A program made the translations under genes and the position numbers. The notes under the pieces were generated by a model. It saw nothing but the letters and a program-made list of their open reading frames with translations, was not told the origin of the DNA and searched no databases. Shown in pieces: positions 17,475 through 28,415 of a stretch of DNA of 64,000 nucleotides. This DNA comes from Longimicrobiales bacterium (GTDB taxonomy: Bacteria; Gemmatimonadota; Gemmatimonadetes; Longimicrobiales; Gaopeijiaceae): positions 32,001-96,000 of the forward strand of contig CBDFIQ010000001.1 in assembly GCA_965248195.1 (NCBI GenBank), written 5' to 3'. Position 1 is the stretch's first letter. The number at the start of each line of letters is the position of its first letter.

Positions 17475-17505
17475 GGACCGGATGGCATCATCGAGAGAAG
17501 GTGAG

Positions 17506-17955
17506 ATGACCAAAGATGAGCACTTCGTGGCTCTCCAGAACATGTATCTCGCCGCGCCGATCAGTGAGCTTTACCACCCGAGTATCGAAATATCCGATTC
17601 CGAGGCGACGATCGAGATAGAGGTGTCGGAGCAGTTTTTTCATGCTGCCGGAGCGCTCCACGGCTCCGTCTATTTCAAAATGCTCGATGACGCGGCGTTT
17701 TTCGCCGCCAATTCGCTCGAAAGAGACGTGTTCGTCCTGACGACTTCCTTTACGACGTATCTCACCAGGCCGGTCTCGTCGGGCACGCTTCGTTCGGTGG
17801 GGCGTGTGGTCAATCGCAACAACTCCCAGTTCATCTCCGAAGCCGTTCTGCACGATTCAGAGGGAAACCAGATCGGACGGGGGAGCGGCGTCTTCGTGCG
17901 AAGCAAGCTTCCGCTGAGTGGAACTCGCGGGTATGCCACCGGGGACGCACCCTGA
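17506..17955 (+). CDS. PaaI family thioesterase
   Basis: FFHAAGALHGSVYFKMLDDAAFFA; hotdog-fold motif. Confidence 0.9.
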   Translation: MTKDEHFVALQNMYLAAPISELYHPSIEISDSEATIEIEVSEQFFHAAGALHGSVYFKMLDDAAFFAANSLERDVFVLTTSFTTYLTRPVSSGTLRSVGRVVNRNNSQFISEAVLHDSEGNQIGRGSGVFVRSKLPLSGTRGYATGDAP

Positions 17956-17957
17956 TC

Positions 17958-18533
17958 ATGGGTCGGACAATCACATCCCTGATCGATGCGGAGTACCGGC
18001 GGTACAAGGGCTTGGGAGAGGGCGCCCTGGAGCAGCTCGATGCCCAGGAGCTACTCGTGGATGCCGAAGGGGTTAACTCGGTCGCCACGATCGTCTGGCA
18101 CATCGCCGGAAACCTCGAGTCGAGGTTTACCGACTTCCTGGAGACGGACGGGGAGAAGCCTTGGCGTGATCGCGAGTCTGAATTCGAGCGGCGGCTTGCG
18201 ACGCCGGCCGAGGTCCGGGCCGAATGGGAGAAGGGGTGGGGGGTGGTTCTCAATGCCCTCGACCAGCTCGCGGACGAAGATCTCTCCGGTACCATCACCA
18301 TCCGCGGTGTTCCTCTCAGGGTGGACGAAGCGCTCTTTCGTTCCCTCGCCCACACCAGCTACCACGTCGGACAGATCGTGCACATCGCAAAGGGTCTTCG
18401 GGCGTCGTCGTGGAAGTACCTCAGTATTCCGCCGGGAGGATCAGCTGCATACAACGCCGACCCCGCGTTGGAGAAGGCCGCTGGCCATGCCCAAGCCCTC
18501 GAGCGACCTCAGTCTGGCTCGAGCGGTGGCTGA
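17958..18533 (+). CDS. DUF1572 / DinB-like protein
   Basis: NSVATIVWHIAGNLESRFTDFL..DGEKPWRDRESEF...H.SYHVGQIV. Confidence 0.88.
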   Translation: MGRTITSLIDAEYRRYKGLGEGALEQLDAQELLVDAEGVNSVATIVWHIAGNLESRFTDFLETDGEKPWRDRESEFERRLATPAEVRAEWEKGWGVVLNALDQLADEDLSGTITIRGVPLRVDEALFRSLAHTSYHVGQIVHIAKGLRASSWKYLSIPPGGSAAYNADPALEKAAGHAQALERPQSGSSGG

Positions 18534-18606
18534 GGTTTTCGTGGAGCACGCCGGAGCGTAACATTCGCTCCACATCGATTCTTCCCCGCCATATCCGGGA
18601 GGGCCC

Positions 18607-19930
18607 ATGCAGGGTCTCATGATGAACCGGCAGTTGCTCATTTCTTCCCTTGTCGAGCACGGGGCCACGGCACATCACGATCGCGAGATCGTGTCGCGGA
18701 CCGTGGAGGGTCCGATCCATCGGTACACCTACGCGGATCTTCGGCGCCGCAGCAAGCAGTTGGCCGGCGTCCTCACCACACTTGGGGTGAATGCGGGAGA
18801 TCGGATCGCGACGCTGGCATGGAATGGATACAGGCACGTGGAGCTTTATTTCGGCGTTTCCGGGATGGAAGCCATCTGCCACACGCTCAACCCGAGACTC
18901 CACCCCTCACAGTTGAGCTACATCCTCAATCACGCAGAGGACCAATATCTATTTGTCGATCTCACCTTCGTACCCCTAGTCGAGGCGATAGCCGAGCACT
19001 TGAAGACGGTGAAAGGCGTCGTGGTCATGACGGACGCCGCTCACATGCCGGAGTCGGGGTTGTCGAACCTGCTGTGTTATGAGGATCTCCTGAGTGCCGA
19101 GGGGGACGACTTCGTGTGGCCGGAGTTCGATGAAAACACCGCTTCTTCGCTTTGTTACACCTCCGGAACTACGGGACATCCCAAGGGCGTGCTGTACAGT
19201 CATCGGTCCAGCGTGCTCCACGCGTTCTGCATCTCGCTCCCCGCCGTTCTGGAGCTTTCGGAATCCGAAGCGTTCTTGCCGGTCGTGCCCATGTTTCACG
19301 TCAATGCCTGGGGAACTCCCTATGCCGCGCCCATGACCGGCACCAAGCTCGTAATGCCAGGTCCCGCCTTGGACGGCGCCAGCCTCACCGAGCTGATGCG
19401 TGAAGAAGGCGTCACCAGTACGGCCGGCGTACCTACGGTTTGGGCGGGACTGCTGGACTATTGGCGCGAGCATGATACCAGTGTTCCTACCCTCAAGCTC
19501 ATGATCGTTGGCGGGGCCGCGGTGCCGCGCTCGATGGTGGAGGCCTTCGACAAGGAGTTCGGCGTCGAGCTACGGCAGGGTTGGGGCATGACGGAAACGA
19601 GCCCCATCGGGTCGGTGAACGTGCTCAAGCCCGAGCAGCGCGCCGCCCCCGCGGCGGAGCGCTACGATCTCCAGATTCGTCAAGGACGGGCTGTCTACGG
19701 CGTGGAGATGAAGATCGTGGACGCCGAGGGCAACACGCTGCCCCGGGACGGAAAGGCCTTCGGAGAGCTCAAGGTACGTGGCCCGTGGGTGAGCCGTGGC
19801 TACTTCCGAGATGAGAAGAGTGGAGTTGTCGACAGTGAGGGGTGGTTCGCGACGGGGGACGTCGCGACCATCGACAGCGATGGGTTCATGCACATCACGG
19901 ACCGGATAAAGGATCTGATCAAGTCAGGAG
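18607..19930 (+). pseudogene. Long-chain acyl-CoA ligase (DmdB-like), C-terminus removed at IS256
   Basis: YTSGTTGHPKG, GWGMTE, TGD; ends at [11 protein letters not shown] where the IS begins, so the C-terminal subdomain is absent. Confidence 0.9.
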
Positions 19931-21306
19931 GGTAGTGTCCCTAGATTTGTGTAAAAGCGGATAAGCTGGACAGGAGGGAAAGAAAAACGGAAGCTCCTCT
20001 GTTGTTGTTCACTGTCACATGAACCCGGGAGTCCGGGTCTGCAGAGCAGGCTCGGAACCGGAGAGGAGCTTCCGATGCAAGAGATTGTGGAGATCGGTCG
20101 GGCCACGCAAGACGAGCTACGCGATGATTTGCGCGAGCTGTTTCAAGGCGCGATCCGGCTGACGCTCGAGATGGTGCTGGAAGAGGAGCTGAAGGCCATG
20201 GTAGGTGCACGCCGCTTCGAGCGGGTGGGAAGCCGGAAGGACCATAGGAACGGCACATACCTGAGGCGGCTGCTGACGAGCCTGGGGCAGATCGAGGTCG
20301 CCATGCCCCGGAGCCGGGACAACGGTTCGCCGGCCGACGTGATCGGCCGCTACCAGCGCAGGAGCCCCGAGCTCGACGAGATGATGGTCGAGGCGTATGT
20401 GAGCGGCGTGTCACAGCGCAAGATGGGCGACGTCACCGAGGCGCTGATGGGCGAGCGTGTTGGGCGCTCGACGGTGAGTCGTGTGGCAAAACGGCTCGAC
20501 GAGGCCGTGGAAGGGCTGCGCCGTGCGCCGATCGAGGGGCCTCACCCCTATCTGTACCTGGACGCCACGTTCTTGGACGCCCGCTGGGCCCGCAAAGTCG
20601 AGAACGTGAGTGCGCTCGTGGCGTATGCAGTGGGCCCTGAGGGTCACCGACGGCTCCTGGCCGTCACGCTGGGCGCTGAGGAGTCGCAGCAGAGCTGGTC
20701 GGAGCTCCTCGAGCAACTCCAGGACCGCGGCCTCGGCGGTGTCGAGCTCGTGATCGCCGATGAGCACGCAGGCCTGGCAGCTGCGGTCCGCCGCTTCCTG
20801 CCCGAGGCACGCCGTCAGAGGTGTACGGTCCATCTGCAGCGTAATGTGGGGGCGAGGGTCCCCCACCGCCTACGCAAGCGCGTGGCGCGTGAGGTCTCGG
20901 TGATCTTCCAGACATCCGGACTCGCCGAGGCGAAGAAGCTCCTGGGCGAGTTCGGCGCACGCTGGAAGAAGGAGCTGCCCGAGGCCGTGGAGGTCCTGGA
21001 GCGGGGCTTCGGGGCAGCGACGCAGTTCTACGCGTTCCCCGAGGCGCACTGGCCCCGGCTGCGTACCACCAACAGCCTCGAGCGGCTGCACGGCGAGATC
21101 AAACGCAGGATCAAGGCCGCCGGCGCCTTCCCGGACCGGGCCAGCGCCCTCAGGCTCATCACGGCCGTCGCACTCAGGACCACACACGTCTGGGGCGACC
21201 GGCGTTACCTCGACCTCTCACTCCTCCAGAAACAGGAGGTCGCCCAAGCAGCCTAGCCGAAGGCGAGGAGCTTCCTCCGCTTTTACACACAAATCGGGAC
21301 TTGACC
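19931..21306 (+). mobile_element. IS256 copy 4 (1376 bp), no target duplication
   Basis: Same ends and same translated transposase as copy 1; flanks agtcaggag / acgccaccc do not match. Confidence 0.95.
20075..21256 (+). CDS. IS256 family transposase
   Basis: Protein identical to 2914-4095. Confidence 0.95.
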   Translation: MQEIVEIGRATQDELRDDLRELFQGAIRLTLEMVLEEELKAMVGARRFERVGSRKDHRNGTYLRRLLTSLGQIEVAMPRSRDNGSPADVIGRYQRRSPELDEMMVEAYVSGVSQRKMGDVTEALMGERVGRSTVSRVAKRLDEAVEGLRRAPIEGPHPYLYLDATFLDARWARKVENVSALVAYAVGPEGHRRLLAVTLGAEESQQSWSELLEQLQDRGLGGVELVIADEHAGLAAAVRRFLPEARRQRCTVHLQRNVGARVPHRLRKRVAREVSVIFQTSGLAEAKKLLGEFGARWKKELPEAVEVLERGFGAATQFYAFPEAHWPRLRTTNSLERLHGEIKRRIKAAGAFPDRASALRLITAVALRTTHVWGDRRYLDLSLLQKQEVAQAA

Positions 21307-21563
21307 ACGCCACCCAAGTGATCAGCGTCATAGTGTGTCACCAAGAAGGCATCCAGTTGGGTAATGCCACGGCCCTGGAGGAAAGCGGCTACCTCGTCAC
21401 CTTGATCGTTGAGGCCAGCGTCAATTAGAAGCGTGCTACCGTTGGGCGTGACGACGAGTGTGGCGTCGCCCTGACCAACGTCGATGTGGTGAATTTCTAG
21501 CTGCTGTCCGGCGATGGGAGCGGCTACGAGGACGCTGAGAAGGAGAAGTCCTGTCCGGTGCAA
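21307..21563 (-). pseudogene. Secreted ComEC/Rec2-type MBL-fold protein, N-terminal fragment
   Basis: Signal peptide, then IHHIDVGQGDATL...LLIDAG...THYDADHLGG, cut by IS256. Confidence 0.85.
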
Positions 21564-21806
21564 TTCTACCTTCTATGTAGGAGCCAGGGGGGACAATGCC
21601 AGATTAGCCGCATGCTGTTCAATGGGCAATGAGTGCTGCTTAGCCCCTCTGTTGCCTTCAACCCCGATCGGGGACACCTTCGGGTCTAGCCCTCCTCCCA
21701 CGGCCGCTCGGTCGGTCGGGCTCCCCAAAGTGGAAAGCGATGAATCGAATCAAAGGAAAAACCGCCGCAGTCCTCCACCGAGAGGGCGCGTGAGGACCCC
21801 ACGCCC

Positions 21807-23030
21807 TTGATCCAAGCGAAAGCCTCCCCCGGCATCATCGTCTTCGCCCTCTGGCTTCTGGTCTTCGCCGCCAGCAGCCAGATCATGATCATCACGCCGA
21901 TCCTCCCACGGATCGGCGAGGAGCTCGGTATCGGCGAGTCCGCCCTGGGGACGCTAGTCTCGGCCTACTCGATCATGGTCGGGATCTTCGCGATCGTCGC
22001 GGGTCCCATCTCGGACAAGATCGGGCGCCGCCGGATCCTGCTCCTCGGCACGGGCGTCATGACCGGCGCCCTCCTGATGCACCATTTCGTGGTCGGTTAT
22101 TACTCTTTCCTGGCCGTTCGGGTGGGCGCCGGCTGCGCCGGGGGAATTCTCAGCGGCTCGGCCGTCTCCTATATCGGAGATTACTTCCCGTATAACCGGC
22201 GAGGGTGGGCCACCGGTTGGGTGATGAGCGGGATGGCCTTCGGCCAGATCGCCGGCATCCCGATCGGCATCGTCCTGGCCGGGGCGTACGGGTTCAAGGT
22301 GCCCTTCTATCTCTTCGCGGTCGCGATGGCTGCGACCTTCGCCTTGATCTGGTTCCGGGTCCCTCAGCCGGACGTCCAGCTTGCCGAGGGCCCCCTCACC
22401 GTTGCGAGCGCGGTGCGGAACTACCGGGCGATGCTCGCGCGAAGAGAGATCGCCGCTGCGGCCGTCGCCTACTTCACGATGTTTCTCGGCGTCTCATTCT
22501 TTGTGGTCTACCTGCCTTATTGGCTGGAGCAGTCCTTGGGCGCAACCCCCAATGCGATCGCCACCCTGTTCGTGGTCGGCGGGATCGCAAACGTCCTCAC
22601 CGGTCCGCAGGCCGGAAAGCTGTCGGATCGGATCGGCCGGAAACCCGTCATCCTTCTGTCCTGCGTCGGCCTCTCCATCGTGATGCTCCTGACGACCGTA
22701 CTCGTCCGTGAGTTCTGGGCCGCCTATTTCCTCTACTTCATTATCATGGTCCTGGTGGCAATGCGCCTCAGTCCTTTCTCGGCGTTGCTGACGGCGCTCG
22801 TGAGTGATGAACGCCGTGGCTCACTGATGAGCATGACCCTTGCTTTGGGTCAGATCGGCTTCGCGGTGGGTGCCGCCGCCGCGGGCCCGCTCTACAGCCG
22901 TTTCGGATACGGAAGCAACACGGTGCTCGCCGCCGCCGCCGTACTGATCATGGCCGGTATCGTCGCCTACCTCGTGCCGGAACCGGCACCCCAAGACGAT
23001 ACATCCCCGGTTCGTGTAACGGTGTCGTGA
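21807..23030 (+). CDS. MFS transporter
   Basis: About 12 hydrophobic segments; GPISDKIGRR and GKLSDRIGRK. Confidence 0.93.
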   Translation: MIQAKASPGIIVFALWLLVFAASSQIMIITPILPRIGEELGIGESALGTLVSAYSIMVGIFAIVAGPISDKIGRRRILLLGTGVMTGALLMHHFVVGYYSFLAVRVGAGCAGGILSGSAVSYIGDYFPYNRRGWATGWVMSGMAFGQIAGIPIGIVLAGAYGFKVPFYLFAVAMAATFALIWFRVPQPDVQLAEGPLTVASAVRNYRAMLARREIAAAAVAYFTMFLGVSFFVVYLPYWLEQSLGATPNAIATLFVVGGIANVLTGPQAGKLSDRIGRKPVILLSCVGLSIVMLLTTVLVREFWAAYFLYFIIMVLVAMRLSPFSALLTALVSDERRGSLMSMTLALGQIGFAVGAAAAGPLYSRFGYGSNTVLAAAAVLIMAGIVAYLVPEPAPQDDTSPVRVTVS

Positions 23031-23100
23031 CCGAGTGTAGCCGCGCCAGCGCCCTAGTCATTACCATTAGAGAATCGCAAATACCGACTGGAGGGCGACG

Positions 23101-24087
23101 TTGGCCGGATCGCCAAGGCTTGACTTCGAGCGTGACATCATGGAAGTCCAAGGACAGATCGATGGGCTCGTGGCTTCGGCCGAGCGCAGCGGCTTCGAGG
23201 TTTCCGACGAACTCAAGGAGCTCCGGACGAAATTGGATGCCCTCAAGGAATCCACGTACCAGAACCTCACCCCCATGGAGCGGGTGCAGGTTGCGCGCCA
23301 CCCGGAGCGCCCCTACACGCTCGATTACATCGAGCGGATTTTCACGGACTGGGTAGAGTTGCACGGAGACAGGGCCTTCCGGGACGACGAGGCGATCGTC
23401 GGAGGCTGGGCGGCACTCGGAGGCACTCCCGTCATGGTGATCGGCCACCAGAAAGGGCGCGACATGAAGGAGAACCTCCGCCGGAACTTCGGTATGGCGC
23501 ACCCGGAGGGCTACCGGAAGGCCTTGAGGCTCATGCGACAGGCAGAAAAATTCGGGAGGGCGGTGGTCACCTTCATCGACACCCCCGGTGCCTACCCCGG
23601 GCTCGGCTCGGAGGAGCGTGGGGTGGCGGAAGCCATTGCGATGAACCTACGGGAGATGGCGCGCCTCAGAATCCCGCTCGTGTCGGTGGTCGTCGGGGAA
23701 GGTGGCTCGGGAGGGGCGCTCGGTCTCGGTGTGACCGACCGCATCTTGATGCTCGAGCACGCCGTGTACTCTGTGATTTCGCCCGAGGGCTGTGCCGCCA
23801 TCCTGTGGCATTCTCGAGACTTCAAGGCCGAGGCGGCGGCAGCGCTCAAGATGACGTCCAAGGATCTGGTCGCGTTGGGCGTGGCCGACGAGGTCATTCC
23901 CGAACCGTCGGGAGGGGCGCATTCGGACTGGGACGCCACGGCCGCGTCCGTGAAGGAAGCCCTTGAGCGCACCCTCGAGGAACTGGGCCGGGTCAAGACA
24001 GACCGGCTGCTGAAGGCACGCTGGGCGAAGTACGAAGGGATGGGGGCGTGGGGCGAGGCGGTGGCTGATACGCCCGCCGGCGCCTGA
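23101..24087 (+). CDS. accA: Acetyl-CoA carboxylase carboxyltransferase alpha
   Basis: ARHPERP, LHGDR, NFGMAHPEGYRKALR, DTPGAYPG, GEGGSGGA. Confidence 0.97.
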   Translation: MAGSPRLDFERDIMEVQGQIDGLVASAERSGFEVSDELKELRTKLDALKESTYQNLTPMERVQVARHPERPYTLDYIERIFTDWVELHGDRAFRDDEAIVGGWAALGGTPVMVIGHQKGRDMKENLRRNFGMAHPEGYRKALRLMRQAEKFGRAVVTFIDTPGAYPGLGSEERGVAEAIAMNLREMARLRIPLVSVVVGEGGSGGALGLGVTDRILMLEHAVYSVISPEGCAAILWHSRDFKAEAAAALKMTSKDLVALGVADEVIPEPSGGAHSDWDATAASVKEALERTLEELGRVKTDRLLKARWAKYEGMGAWGEAVADTPAGA

Positions 24088-24102
24088 GCAGCGTCCAGAT
24101 CC

Positions 24103-24936
24103 ATGGCCGGATTCGCCGAGGTTCGCTTCAAGGGTACCCGTAAGGGCTACTTCGCATACGAGACTCTCGACCTCGCTCCTGGAGCCAAGGTCATCGTTGA
24201 AGCGGATCGCGGCGAGGATCTCGGTGAGATCACCGCGCTCGGTTCGATCGCGGAGCGTAAGTGCTCGTCTTCGGGGGGGTGCTCCACACCCCTTCCCCAA
24301 ATGCGCGTTCTCCGGGTGGCCCGCGAGGCCGAAGGTGTCCGGATCGAAGAACTTCGGGCCGATGAGAGCCGCGTCCGTACAGAGACCCGTGAGCTCGTCG
24401 TGCGGCACAAGCTGAACATGAAGGTTACCGAAGCCGAGTGGCAGTTCGACAAGAACAAGTTGATCATCTACTTCACGGCGGAACGACGGGTCGACTTCCG
24501 GGCGCTGGTTCGGGATCTCGCGCGCACGTTCCGGACCCGAATCGAGCTCAAGCAGATTGGGGTCCGTGATGAAGCAGCGCTTCTGGGCGGGGTCGGGCGC
24601 TGCGGACGTGAGCTCTGTTGCTCGACCTGGTTGCCCGAGTTGAAGCCCGTGAGCCTGCAACTGGCCAAGGACCAGCTCCTGTCGCTGAACCCGGCTCAGA
24701 TCTCGGGCTGCTGCGGGCGCCTCATGTGCTGTCTCATGTACGAACACAAGACCTACGTGGAGGCCCGCCGCCGCTTCCCCAGGGAGGGCAAGACCGTTCG
24801 CACCTCCTTGGGCGAAGAGAAAGTGGTCGGAGTCGACATCCTGCGGGAGACCGTCACGCTCCGATCCGACGATGGGGAGCGCCGCACGGTATCCCTTGGA
24901 GACCTCAAGCACGAGGTCTCCGCCAAGCCCGAATGA
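24103..24936 (+). CDS. ricT: RicT/YaaT (PSP1 domain) Fe-S protein
   Basis: RVDFRALV, IELKQIGVRDEA, GRCGRELCCSTW, ISGCCGRLMCCL. Confidence 0.93.
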   Translation: MAGFAEVRFKGTRKGYFAYETLDLAPGAKVIVEADRGEDLGEITALGSIAERKCSSSGGCSTPLPQMRVLRVAREAEGVRIEELRADESRVRTETRELVVRHKLNMKVTEAEWQFDKNKLIIYFTAERRVDFRALVRDLARTFRTRIELKQIGVRDEAALLGGVGRCGRELCCSTWLPELKPVSLQLAKDQLLSLNPAQISGCCGRLMCCLMYEHKTYVEARRRFPREGKTVRTSLGEEKVVGVDILRETVTLRSDDGERRTVSLGDLKHEVSAKPE

Positions 24937-26465
24937 ATCGCCGATACCTCACGACTCCCATCTACTACGCCACGGGCGATCCCCACTTGGGGCACGCGTA
25001 TACGACCGTGCTCACGGACGCGCTGGCCCGGTACTATCGGCAGACGGGAGCGGATGTGCTTTTCCTGACCGGCACCGACGAGCACGGCCAAAAAATGCAG
25101 GAGACCGCGGCCAAGAAGGACATGACTCCCATCGAGCTCGCCGATCAGATGGCGGAGTCTTTCGACGCGGCGTGGAAGGATCTGAACATTTCGTTCGATC
25201 GTTTCATCCGGACCACCGAAGGCGAGCACGTCGGGGTCGTCACGACCTTCCTCGAGCGCCTCTGGGCCAAGGGACAGATCTACGACGACCTGTACACCGG
25301 CTGGTACTGCATCCACGAAGAACGGTACTGGACGGAGAAGGAGGTCGGAGAAGAGCACCTCTGCCCGGACTGTAAGCGCCCGGTCGAATTCGTAGAAGAG
25401 AAAAACTACTTCTTCCGCATGAGCGACTACCAGGAACGCCTGATCCGGCATATCGAAGAGCACCCTGATTGGATCGTTCCCGCGACACGCCGCAACGAAG
25501 TTCTCGGGTTCCTCAAGCAGCCCTTGCAGGATCTCTCGATCTCTCGACCCAAGTCGCGCCTTTCGTGGGGCATCACGCTCCCGTTCGATCCCGATCACGT
25601 CTGCTACGTGTGGGTGGACGCGCTCATCAACTATGTCACAGCCTCCGGTGTGTTGGACCCCGATGGCGGTCCCGATCAACCGGGCTTCACGGATCCCGGG
25701 GATTCCTGGTGGCCTGCGAGCCTGCACGTCATGGGCAAGGACATCATCACGACACACGCGGTTTACTGGCCGACGCTTCTCATGGCCGCGGGCCTTCCGC
25801 TGCCGGAGCGAATTCTCGCGCACGGCTGGTGGGTGATGGACGAGGCGAAGATGTCCAAGTCGATGGGCAACGTCGTCGACCCTCTGGCGCTCCGTGAGGA
25901 CTACGGTACCGACGGCGTCCGCTGGTACCTGCTCCGCGACATGCCCACCGGGTCGGACGCGTCGTATACGCCCGAGCGCTTTCAGGCGCGCTACGACGAA
26001 ATCGCCAACGTTTTCGGCAACCTGGCCAACCGCGCCATTTCCATGATCGACAAGTACCGGGACGGGATCATCCCGGAGTCGGCGGGGGGCGGCTTGGACG
26101 GAGAGATCGCATCGACCTTGAGTGCGGTGACCGAGCACATGAATGCACTGCAGGTCCATGACGCCATGGCCGCGGGCATGGAGCTAGCCAGGACGGCCAA
26201 CGGCTACGTGGACAGCCGCAAGCCGTGGGCGCAAGCCAAGGACGCCTCCCGTGCGGACGATCTCGACGAAACCCTCGCAACGCTCGCCCGGGTGCTGACC
26301 GTTCTGAGCGCTCTTTTTCTTCCCGTGACACCGCAAAAAATGGCGGTCCTCGCCCGCCATTTGGGTTTGGAGTCCGTGCCGACCTTCGAGCAAGCTCGCT
26401 CCATACCGCTCGGAGGTCTGAGGGTCGAAAAGGGCGCCCCCCTCTTCCCTCGGCCGGAACGGTAG
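24933..26465 (+). CDS. metG: Methionine--tRNA ligase (no C-terminal OB domain)
   Basis: TTPIYY, HLGH, GTDEHG, YVWVDALINY, KMSKS; ATGA overlap with ricT. Confidence 0.96.
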   Translation: MNRRYLTTPIYYATGDPHLGHAYTTVLTDALARYYRQTGADVLFLTGTDEHGQKMQETAAKKDMTPIELADQMAESFDAAWKDLNISFDRFIRTTEGEHVGVVTTFLERLWAKGQIYDDLYTGWYCIHEERYWTEKEVGEEHLCPDCKRPVEFVEEKNYFFRMSDYQERLIRHIEEHPDWIVPATRRNEVLGFLKQPLQDLSISRPKSRLSWGITLPFDPDHVCYVWVDALINYVTASGVLDPDGGPDQPGFTDPGDSWWPASLHVMGKDIITTHAVYWPTLLMAAGLPLPERILAHGWWVMDEAKMSKSMGNVVDPLALREDYGTDGVRWYLLRDMPTGSDASYTPERFQARYDEIANVFGNLANRAISMIDKYRDGIIPESAGGGLDGEIASTLSAVTEHMNALQVHDAMAAGMELARTANGYVDSRKPWAQAKDASRADDLDETLATLARVLTVLSALFLPVTPQKMAVLARHLGLESVPTFEQARSIPLGGLRVEKGAPLFPRPER

Positions 26466-26475
26466 CGGGGCCCGC

Positions 26476-26505
26476 TTGACACTCTCCAACGGCCCCGAAT
26501 ATCTT
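26476..26505 (+). promoter_or_regulatory. Sigma70 promoter
   Basis: TTGACA-18 nt-TATCTT upstream of the M23 gene. Confidence 0.55.
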
Positions 26506-26599
26506 TCCCGCCCTTCACCGACGGAGCACCTATTGGTGGGGGAGCGCTTCGCCCTCGATGGACCGAGAGACTCGGCCCGCGATCAGGACAGACCCGACT

Positions 26600-27541
26600 A
26601 TGACGAATCCACGGTGGACCTTTCTCTGCGTCACAGAGAAAGACCCTCACGTGCGGCAGTTCAGCTTGTCTGCCGGTGCGGTACGCTATTTTCCATCTCT
26701 GGCGGCCGCCGCCGTCACGGTCCTGACCGCACTGGGCATGATCGTCGCTATCGACGGGGCGGCCCGCCTCGAAGTCGGAAAGCTTCGCGGCGAAAAGGCC
26801 GCGATCTCGCGAGAAGTCGAGTCGATACGGACACGGGTCAGCGCGATGGAAGGGTCCATCGATGGATTCGTCGAGACCAACGAGCAGTTTCGGGTTCTCG
26901 CAGGTCTAAGTCCGATCGACGCCGAAATTTTCGAAGTGGGCGTCGGTGGACCGGGCATGACGACGCCCGTGTCCCATCCGATGTGGGAGACGGATCCGTT
27001 GACCGCCGAGGCCGTCTTCACCACGGCTTACGACCTCGGGGCCTTGGAGCGGCGAGCTACTCTCCTCTCGCAGAGCATGGCGCAGGCCATGGAAAGCCTC
27101 GTGACGAACTACGCTCTTCTCGAGGCGACTCCCTCCATCGTGCCGACCGCGGGTCAGGGAATCGAAAGGGTCAGCAGCGGCTTCAGCCGAGCCCGATTAC
27201 ATCCCCTCTACCACGAGGCGTTGCCGCACGTCGGTATCGATCTGAGCGCGGTGGAGGGCACGCCGATTCTTTCGGCCGCGAAAGGAGTCGTCTCATATGC
27301 GGGCTGGAAGTCGGGGTACGGATATACCGTCGAGGTCGATCACGGCTTCGGATACATGACTCGTTATGCGCATGCCTCCAATCTTCTCGTAGCGCGGGGG
27401 CAAGCGGTGGCACGGAACGAGGTTGTCGCTCAGGTCGGCAGGAGCGGCACGGTTACGGCAAGCCATCTCCACTACGAAGTCTGGGTGGATGGCGTGGCCG
27501 AGGACCCCTTCGATTACATTCTGCAGGGAGTGATCCCCTAG
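26600..27541 (+). CDS. M23 family metallopeptidase
   Basis: HVGID, YAH, HLHYEV; N-terminal TM segment and coiled coil. Confidence 0.93.
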   Translation: MTNPRWTFLCVTEKDPHVRQFSLSAGAVRYFPSLAAAAVTVLTALGMIVAIDGAARLEVGKLRGEKAAISREVESIRTRVSAMEGSIDGFVETNEQFRVLAGLSPIDAEIFEVGVGGPGMTTPVSHPMWETDPLTAEAVFTTAYDLGALERRATLLSQSMAQAMESLVTNYALLEATPSIVPTAGQGIERVSSGFSRARLHPLYHEALPHVGIDLSAVEGTPILSAAKGVVSYAGWKSGYGYTVEVDHGFGYMTRYAHASNLLVARGQAVARNEVVAQVGRSGTVTASHLHYEVWVDGVAEDPFDYILQGVIP

Positions 27542-27564
27542 CGTGAATCTTACCGGAGTTGGAC

Positions 27565-28341
27565 ATGACGCATAGCAAGTTTCTGCTGGCCCTTCTGGGG
27601 ACGGCGCTTCTCTCCGCTTGCGGCCCTACGCAGGTTGTGGTTACCGCGGAGATCGGCGCGGAGGACCCGAGCCAGGGTGCCGAGCCCAGGGCGTTGGGCG
27701 ACCTCGAAATTCGCATGTTCCCGTATGATCGGGACGCCATTTTCGATTCGTTGACGGCCGCGGCCACGACTCCCGAGCCAGCGATACCGGACTCGGTAGT
27801 CGATGCGCAGAATCAGGTGGCCGCAGCTCAGCAGGCCTGGCGCGACATGGAGGCCCGGTGGAACGTCCTTCGAGACACCCTTCAGACCCTGACCGAGGAG
27901 CTCGACCAGTTGAGCCGTGGTCAGGCGCAGTACCGAGTTCTCTTCCTGGATTTTCAGGAGTTGGACGAGGAGTACGCAAGAGTGGAACGGCAGCGCGACG
28001 CGACATTTGAAAACTTCACGTCCCTCCAATCCGCCTCCGTAGCGGCCGCTGAAGAGAGCCGTTTGCTCCGTGAGCAGTGGGCGGACGAGGCGTTCGCCGA
28101 CGTCGGCGCGGCGATGGTCCTGCACGAACGGGCCAGCGGACTCCTGACGCTTTACGATACGACGGATGCCAGTGGCATCGCCGACGGGTTTGAGGCCGGG
28201 GCCGGAGATTATTGGATAACGGCCCGGTACGAGCTCCCCTACACGGAGCTGTACTGGAACGTCGCCGTAACGGTGGTCCGCGGCGAGCCCGCACAGTTCC
28301 GCCTCACGCGAGAGAACGCCTCGGTCCGACCGAACTTGTAA
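27565..28341 (+). CDS. Hypothetical lipoprotein
   Basis: Lipobox LSAC; helical middle region; followed by a terminator. Confidence 0.8.
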   Translation: MTHSKFLLALLGTALLSACGPTQVVVTAEIGAEDPSQGAEPRALGDLEIRMFPYDRDAIFDSLTAAATTPEPAIPDSVVDAQNQVAAAQQAWRDMEARWNVLRDTLQTLTEELDQLSRGQAQYRVLFLDFQELDEEYARVERQRDATFENFTSLQSASVAAAEESRLLREQWADEAFADVGAAMVLHERASGLLTLYDTTDASGIADGFEAGAGDYWITARYELPYTELYWNVAVTVVRGEPAQFRLTRENASVRPNL

Positions 28342-28364
28342 ACATTCGGGAGACTCGACCGCGA

Positions 28365-28401
28365 GAAGCCCCGCGGGCCCTGAGCGGCCTCCGGGGTTTT
28401 T
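28365..28401 (+). terminator. Intrinsic terminator
   Basis: aagccccg...cggggttttt. Confidence 0.6.
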
Positions 28402-28415
28402 CAATAGCTTAGGCC

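Noticed and set aside
21660..21680. ccccgatcgggg palindrome with GGGGACAC at the island/core boundary
   Set aside because: Lacks the AT-rich flanks of the 4784-6954 motifs; the 8-mer is expected by chance.
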